A stretch of 64,000 nt of DNA from the NCBI GenBank assembly GCA_032718475.1, contig JAUCBJ010000116.1, positions 4,997 to 68,996 of the forward strand, in the 5' to 3' direction. This stretch comes from Nemertoderma westbladi. Taxonomy: Eukaryota; Animalia; Xenacoelomorpha. The translations under genes and the position numbers were made by a program. Positions 57,828 through 64,000 of the stretch are shown here, piece after piece. Positions within the stretch are counted from its first letter, which is position 1; every line of letters begins with the position of its first letter. Under the pieces are notes generated by a model. It was not told where the DNA came from. It saw only the letters and a program-made list of their open reading frames with translations, and made no database searches.

Positions 57828-60800
57828 TCTATATATATCTATATATATAAATATCATGTGTCTGTCTGTCTGTTTGTCTGTCCAAACTATACGTTTCTAC
57901 ACACAAGCACCAATCGGAGCTCGCGATACATCGAACGAAAGCTCTCGTCAGGAGCACGTGCACTGTCGCTATCTCGAGTCTTATTTTAAGTGTTTGTTTA
58001 CATGAATGCAGATTTCGTGAATTCGGTACCGGTAGTGCAGTAGGCCTAGCAGTTCATTCTGTCACTCTACACGTTGGGTCTCGACTACTATGTTACTTTT
58101 TCATGCGCATCTACGTGATGTAGACTGCCCCGAGCACATAGACGTGAAACGTCGTTATATCGATGCAAATTTTATGCATCATTTATGCGTGAATGCGTAT
58201 TTGTGGTCAAATTGGGCTATTATTCCATAACCATTTTCAGCCAAATTTTTCAACCAGCAGGAAACCGGTTGCACCAACAGGTCTGTTCTAAATGATACTT
58301 TGCAGATACGTTCCTGACCATAGACTGTGTGTTTGAGAAGACACTGATCAATCGGCAGTTCTCCAGTCTGCCGCTAGGGGGCGAAATGTCAGAAACTGAA
58401 AACCTTCTCCCATCTCGTTATTATTAATGCCTTTTAGCTGATACGTGGCAGAGGTCTATTACACCATAGGCTGTGTGTTTTCGGAGGATGCTGACCAATC
58501 TGCAATTCCCCAGTCTGCCGCTAGGGGGAGAAATATCTGAAAGTGAAAACCTTATCCCATTTCGTTGTTTATAATGCTTTTTTGATGATTTGGCAGAAGT
58601 TGACTACACCATAGACTGCGTGTTTGTAGAGAACTCTGAATAATCTGAAATTCCTCTGTCTGCCGGTAGGGGGAGCAATGTCTGAAAGTGAAAACCTTCA
58701 CCCATTTCGTTGTTTATACTGCATTTTTTGCTGATATTTGGCAGAGGTCTACTACACAAAGACTGCGTGTTTGGGGAGGAGCTAGAACCAGTCTGCATTT
58801 CTCCAGTCTGCCGCTAGGGGGCCAAATGTCTGAAAGTAAAAACCTTATCCCATTTCGTTATTAATAATGCTTTTAGGCTGACACTTGGCAGATGTGTATT
58901 ACACCATAGGGTGTGTGTCTGGAGAGGACGCCGAACAACCTGCAGTTCTCTATTCGGCCGCTAGGGGGCGAAATGTCTGAACGTGAAAACCTTATCCCAT
59001 TTTGATGTTTATAATGTTTTTAGGCTGATTTGTCAGAGGTCTACTACATCAAAGACTGCGTGTTTGTGGAGAACTAAGACCAATCTGCAATAGCTCTGTC
59101 TGCCGCTAGGGGGCGCAATGTCTGAAAGTGAAAACCTTTATGCATTTCATTGTTTAAAATGCCTTCTTTGCTGATACTTGGCAGAGGTCTACTACACCAT
59201 TGTAGTAGAATTTAATATGAGTTTTAGTACTAACGTAGATCCAGGTAAAAGTAAATCTAAATGTGTTCCATTTGGTTTTAAGTTTAACCCCCCTTCCGTT
59301 ATGAGTTCATTAAACGGAGTTGTTTTGCCGTGGGTGAAAGAGGCAATGCATCTCGGTAACTCATTTGATTTTTCGTGTTTATTTAATACTGATATTAATT
59401 GTAAACGTGCTAAATTTATAGGTAAATTAAGTTCACTACGTCAGGAATTTCATTTCTCCCATCCCAATAGTATTTTACAAATTCAGCGAATTTACGCAAC
59501 TATGTAGTTTCTACGGTAGTAATCTCTGGAAACTTTTTGGAGATATTTGTACTAAATTAATCAGAATATTAACGGTCGTTTAGTATGTGCTTTACCGTAC
59601 AACACACATAGATATTTCATCGAAGGTTTATTAGATTTTCCTTATCCACATTCAATGTTATGCTCACGTTTTATTAAATTTGCCAGTACAGTTTTGTATT
59701 CAGACAAACCCACTATAAGATTTCTAGCCAATATTACCTTGTTTGATTGTAGATCCACTAGCGGATATAATATTAAGAATATTTCGAATAAATGTAAAGT
59801 ACCTATCTCTAAGATTTTTCCTAAATTATGTAACGATATTCGATGGTTTGTAAAGGAATACCATTTTTCGTATATTAATATGTGTAGAGAATTAATTGAC
59901 TGTAAACATTCGATCCTTCAGGTACCTGGTTTTAATGTAAATGAGCTAACTGAAATATTGAATTATATTTGTTCTAGTTAGTGTGTTGTCTAATAATATA
60001 TATATATATATATTTTTTTTTTTTTCAATTATTAATTCATATTGTTTATTAATACGTATTACATTACTTGTGTTTATTACATCCACGTGCGTACGTTTTT
60101 CATTATTAATCGCTGTATTGTGCTTTATAATTATCTCTAAATTTGTTACTTATGCTGTGCTAATGTGTAATTTACATCTATTATGCACGAAATTATCATT
60201 AAATTAAATTAAAAATAGACTGTGTGTTTGGGGAGGAGCTAGAACCAGTCTGCATTTATCCAGTCTACCGCTAGGGGGCCATATGTCTGAAAGTAAAAAC
60301 CTTATCCCATTTCGTTATTAATATGATTTCAGGCTGACACTTGCCAGATGTGTAGTACACCATAGGGTGTGTGTCTTGGTAAGACGCCGAACAAACTGCA
60401 GTTCTCCATTCGGCCGGTAGGGGGCGAAATGTCTGAAAGTGAAAACCTTATCCCGTTTCGTTGTTTCTAATGCTTTTAGGCTGATACTTGTCAGAGGTCT
60501 ACTACACCATAGACTGCGTGTTTGTGGAAAGTTGTGCAATTTTTCAGTCTGCCGCTAGAGGGTGAAATGTCTCAAGTGGAATCCTTCTCCAATTTCATTG
60601 TTTCTAATGCTTTTTTGCTTATACTTGGGAATGGCATGCTTGACCATAGGCTGTTTGTATGGGGAGGACGCTAACCAGTCTGCGGATTTCCAGTCTACTG
60701 CTAGGGTGCGAAAAATCTGAATCTGAAAAGTAAAAACATTCTCACATTTATTTATTTAAAATGCTTTTACGCTGATAATTGTCAGAGGTCTACTGTACTA

Positions 60801-60998
60801 CATCATAAGGCTGCATCTATGTGAAGGACGTTGACCAGTGTAGATATCTGAAAAGTAAAACAGCATCAGTCCTTTTGTTTGAGAGAACACTCTCAATCAT
60901 ATGAAGTTTTGTTAAGCTAATTAATTAATTAATGTTTGGAATGGTGAATAGGCTTGTGAACTAGAAAGCCGTGGCCCGAAGGGCCACTGGCTTTCTTG
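57828..60998 (+). mobile_element. Helitron-like family A element with ~108-bp satellite
   Basis: Colinear with 24054-26170 plus 43896-43972; end hairpin with a CTTG variant. Confidence 0.8.
59201..60214 (+). pseudogene. 5'-truncated LINE (3' part of ORF2) inserted in the satellite
   Basis: KSKCVPF...LNGVVLPWV..HLGN...FYGSNLW; satellite breaks at CTACACCAT and resumes at AGACTGTGTG; (AAATT)n tail. Confidence 0.75.
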
Positions 60999-63120
60999 TC
61001 TATCTATATATATAAATATCCTCTGTCTGTCTGTGATCTATGAGTCTGTGAGTCTGTCCAAGCTATACGCTCCGTCACACGAGCACCAATCTGAGCGAAT
61101 GATATATATATATATAATTATAGACTTAAAGTTATAGCACAAATAAATTTCCCGACGTAATCATAAGTCCTTAAAAGAATGTGAAAATATCGGACTAAGC
61201 AAAATAATAATTACAAATTCAAATTCACTACACAAGTAAGAAAATAAATTTATTTTATTTTACAGGAAGAAACATTTGTTAGAATAATTGTATTACTAAA
61301 ATTAATAGAAGACGTAGTAATCAATTGTACACCGTTAGTGTATCGTAGACCCTTTTTGCTAGAGTTCGATAATCCGAATCGTGTTCCATGATTCCATGCA
61401 AATCGCTATGTTCGCCGTCAATATGCAGATGTTCTGTTAATTTACAATGGAACAAAACATGTTTCTCATCTTGCACGTCACCTGAACCACAACAACAGGT
61501 TCGTTGTTTCCGATCAATTCTACTCCACCTCCCTGTTTCGACGCGCAAGCGATGAGCCGAAACTCTGAATCGCGTTAAGGCGAGACGATGCTCCTCGAAT
61601 AGACTTTTGTTTAGATTGAGGTTGTAACAACTGAACGGTGTAAGCGTTGGGTTGATCTCCAGGTAGGTTCGTAGCTTTGTGTGCGACGGCGCCAGCTGAC
61701 GAATTCGCTGCTGACGAGCAACGAAATCCTCAGTAATGTAGTTTCGATTAGAGCCGATTAAACGATTGACTGCGCGAACCATAGGAGAGTTTATTCTCGA
61801 CCCAGCGCTGAACGCAATGTAAAATGGATCTGTGACATCCCATGAACCCATTTTCTTCAGTAACCATACTCGCTGTTTCTCATGAATCATGGCAGACAAA
61901 CTGGGAAATCCTGATTCGATGAGACAAGCATCATTATTTGTTTGTGTGCGAACTCCTAATAGCGACTTGATTACGCGTACGTATTGTGCTTCAAGTGGTT
62001 TATAAGACGAGCAAATCCAGGTTTCGCAACCATAGTACAGCGATGCAAATAGGGCGGCGTTGCATACCATCCGTTTAATGCAGAAAGGCATATTGCGATT
62101 AGCAATAATGAAAGCATAAAACTTATTGACATGTTTTTGGTTAGACTCGTATTGTAGCTTCAGCGATCGAAAGCTCTCGTCCCGAGCACGTAAATTATCG
62201 CTATCTCGAGGCTAATTTTACGCTTATGCTTGCGTGAATGCGTAATTTGTATTCGCTGCAACATGTTGTGTGACGAAATCTCAAAGTGATTCGAATATTC
62301 CTTTTGGCAGTACAGGCCTGGCAAAGCTGAGAGTTAGTTAGCAAGGCAGCTAGCTACTTGCAGACCAATCATATGATGCAGACCATCCTGAGCCCGTGAA
62401 CATGAATTGTAAAGGCTATCTCGAGGCTGATTATTTTACACATTTACTTGATACTTGCATGAATGCGTCTTTGAGGTAAAATTGCATTATTCTGCAGTTG
62501 TTTTGTTATTGGACAAATTACTGGTCAGCAAGCAGGAAATTATAACAGCAGTTATTGCATCATCGTAACCACTCTGTTCTAACTGACACTTTGCAGAAGA
62601 AATTATACCTGACCATACTGCGTGTTGGGAGGACGCCGACCAGTTTGCGGTTCTTCAGTCTGCCACTAGGAGGCGAAATGTCTGAAAGTGAAAATCTTAT
62701 CCTATTTTGTTATTAATAATGATTTTTAGCTGATACTTAGGTCCTTTACACAATATGTTTATAATGTTTTTTTGCTGATACCAAGCAGAGTATACTACAC
62801 CATAGGGTGTGTATTTGGGCTTGGGGAGACGATGACCAATCTACAGTTCCCCAGTCTGCTGCTATTAGGGGATGAAATGTCTGAATGAGGAAACCTACAA
62901 TTTTGTTGTTTATGAATGCTTTTTTCCTGATACTTGGCACTTGGCAGAGGACTACTACACCATAGTCTTCGTGTTTGGGGAGGACGCTAACAAGTGCAGA
63001 ATTATTCAGTCTGCCACTAGAGGGCGAAATGTCTGAAATTAAAACCTTCCATTTTAATACGATAGAGTTGCTGCAATGACCTACTGCACTATACAGTAGG
63101 TTGTGTTTGCGAGGACTTTT
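60999..63120 (+). mobile_element. Older diverged Helitron-like copy interrupted by a LINE fragment
   Basis: TCTATCTATATA head, similarity to the family A head on both sides of 61105-62165, degenerate ~108-bp repeats at 62580-63060. Confidence 0.6.
61105..62165 (-). pseudogene. 5'-truncated LINE (RTE-X-like) ORF2 C-terminus
   Basis: LYYGCETW; LTRFRVSAHRLRVETGRW...CCC...QDEKHVLFHC zinc finger; (TA)n tail. Confidence 0.78.
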
Positions 63121-63138
63121 GGAGGTTTGTGTTCGTTC

Positions 63139-63390
63139 GGGCGAAATTTATCGAATTATTTCGGTTCTTCTATCGGTAATTAATTATTTAGAGGGGTAAC
63201 ATTTATCCCATCTGGTATAAAATTAACATGGGTAGATTCGCCGTGTCCCATTCTCACAAAGTTTTTATTTTATTCGAGTGTTTAATATAAATATGTATGA
63301 TTATTTATTGATTAAAAATCAAATAGTGTATAAATATGTCATATTCGCCAAGCACATCGAATTGGCCTATTGTTAGTGAATAGGGAATCG
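63139..63390 (+). repeat. Fragment of Helitron-like family B
   Basis: Matches 44182-44430. Confidence 0.8.
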
Positions 63391-64000
63391 TATCATAGCG
63401 TCATCATGTAGTGTTGATTGGGGTGGGTTGTGTAAAAGCCTTTGCTGAATTGCCCCGTTATTTTTATTATCTTTTACATTAAAATACTCTGTAGTTGATT
63501 TAATAAGTGTAAGAGACCGTATTATTGCTGTATCTGTGTTTTTAGAGGATCTAAGACCTATTTCCTCCGTATGTGTACTGTGAAAGGCATATTTTATGAT
63601 TCTATGGCAATTCGTGACGCAAAAGGGTGATAGCTACTCTTGAACAGTAGTTACTATGACTACGGTTAACAGCTGACATTCATACGTGTTGATTTCCTTT
63701 GTTCTACGGCGTCTCTCAGCTCAGTCAGCCAATGAGAGCGTTTTTGTGGCTCCTTGTACAGAGAATTTCCGAGAAATGACGAAATGCCTATGTGCAGTGT
63801 TTATCATTCAGTCTTGAGCCAAAGAAAGAACGGCTTAGAAATATTTTGTGCTGTACTGCTTTTAGTCGTACACTAGTAGGTTTAATTATAAAGGGCATAT
63901 ATCCTTTAACCTACCTGACTCATGGAATCACTGCTGATTGATATATTCAAAACAACTGACTACTTGAATATCTCATGCCTATGTGCACTGACATACCGGT

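Overview
Eukaryotic (probably bilaterian invertebrate) repeat-dense DNA with no recognisable host gene; nearly all of it is nested mobile elements. (1) 1-16842: an unusual BEL/Pao LTR-retrotransposon complex. A minus-strand element (5' LTR 16304-16842, gag-pol 16224->7751) is followed by a hairpin array, a WRN/RNase D-like DEDDy 3'-5' exonuclease ORF, an antisense triple zinc-knuckle ORF, a perfect inverted copy of part of its own LTR, a second hairpin array and an oppositely oriented gag-protease-only paralogue. It is inserted in an RTE LINE. (2) 26171-43895: a second, decayed 17.7-kb BEL/Pao element with 1919-bp LTRs, a tRNA-like Pol III cassette in the LTR, an extra ORF and a 20-nt hairpin motif dispersed 13 times. 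Neither element has a TGG-type tRNA primer-binding site; in both, the bases right after the 5' LTR are exactly complementary to a segment inside that LTR, in the register expected for self-priming. (3) ~22360-63100: a head-to-tail chain of non-autonomous Helitron-like elements whose ~108-bp internal repeats each carry a CTCF-like motif, interrupted by the BEL element, an intact full-length CR1 LINE and two truncated LINEs. All calls are by eye, without database searches.
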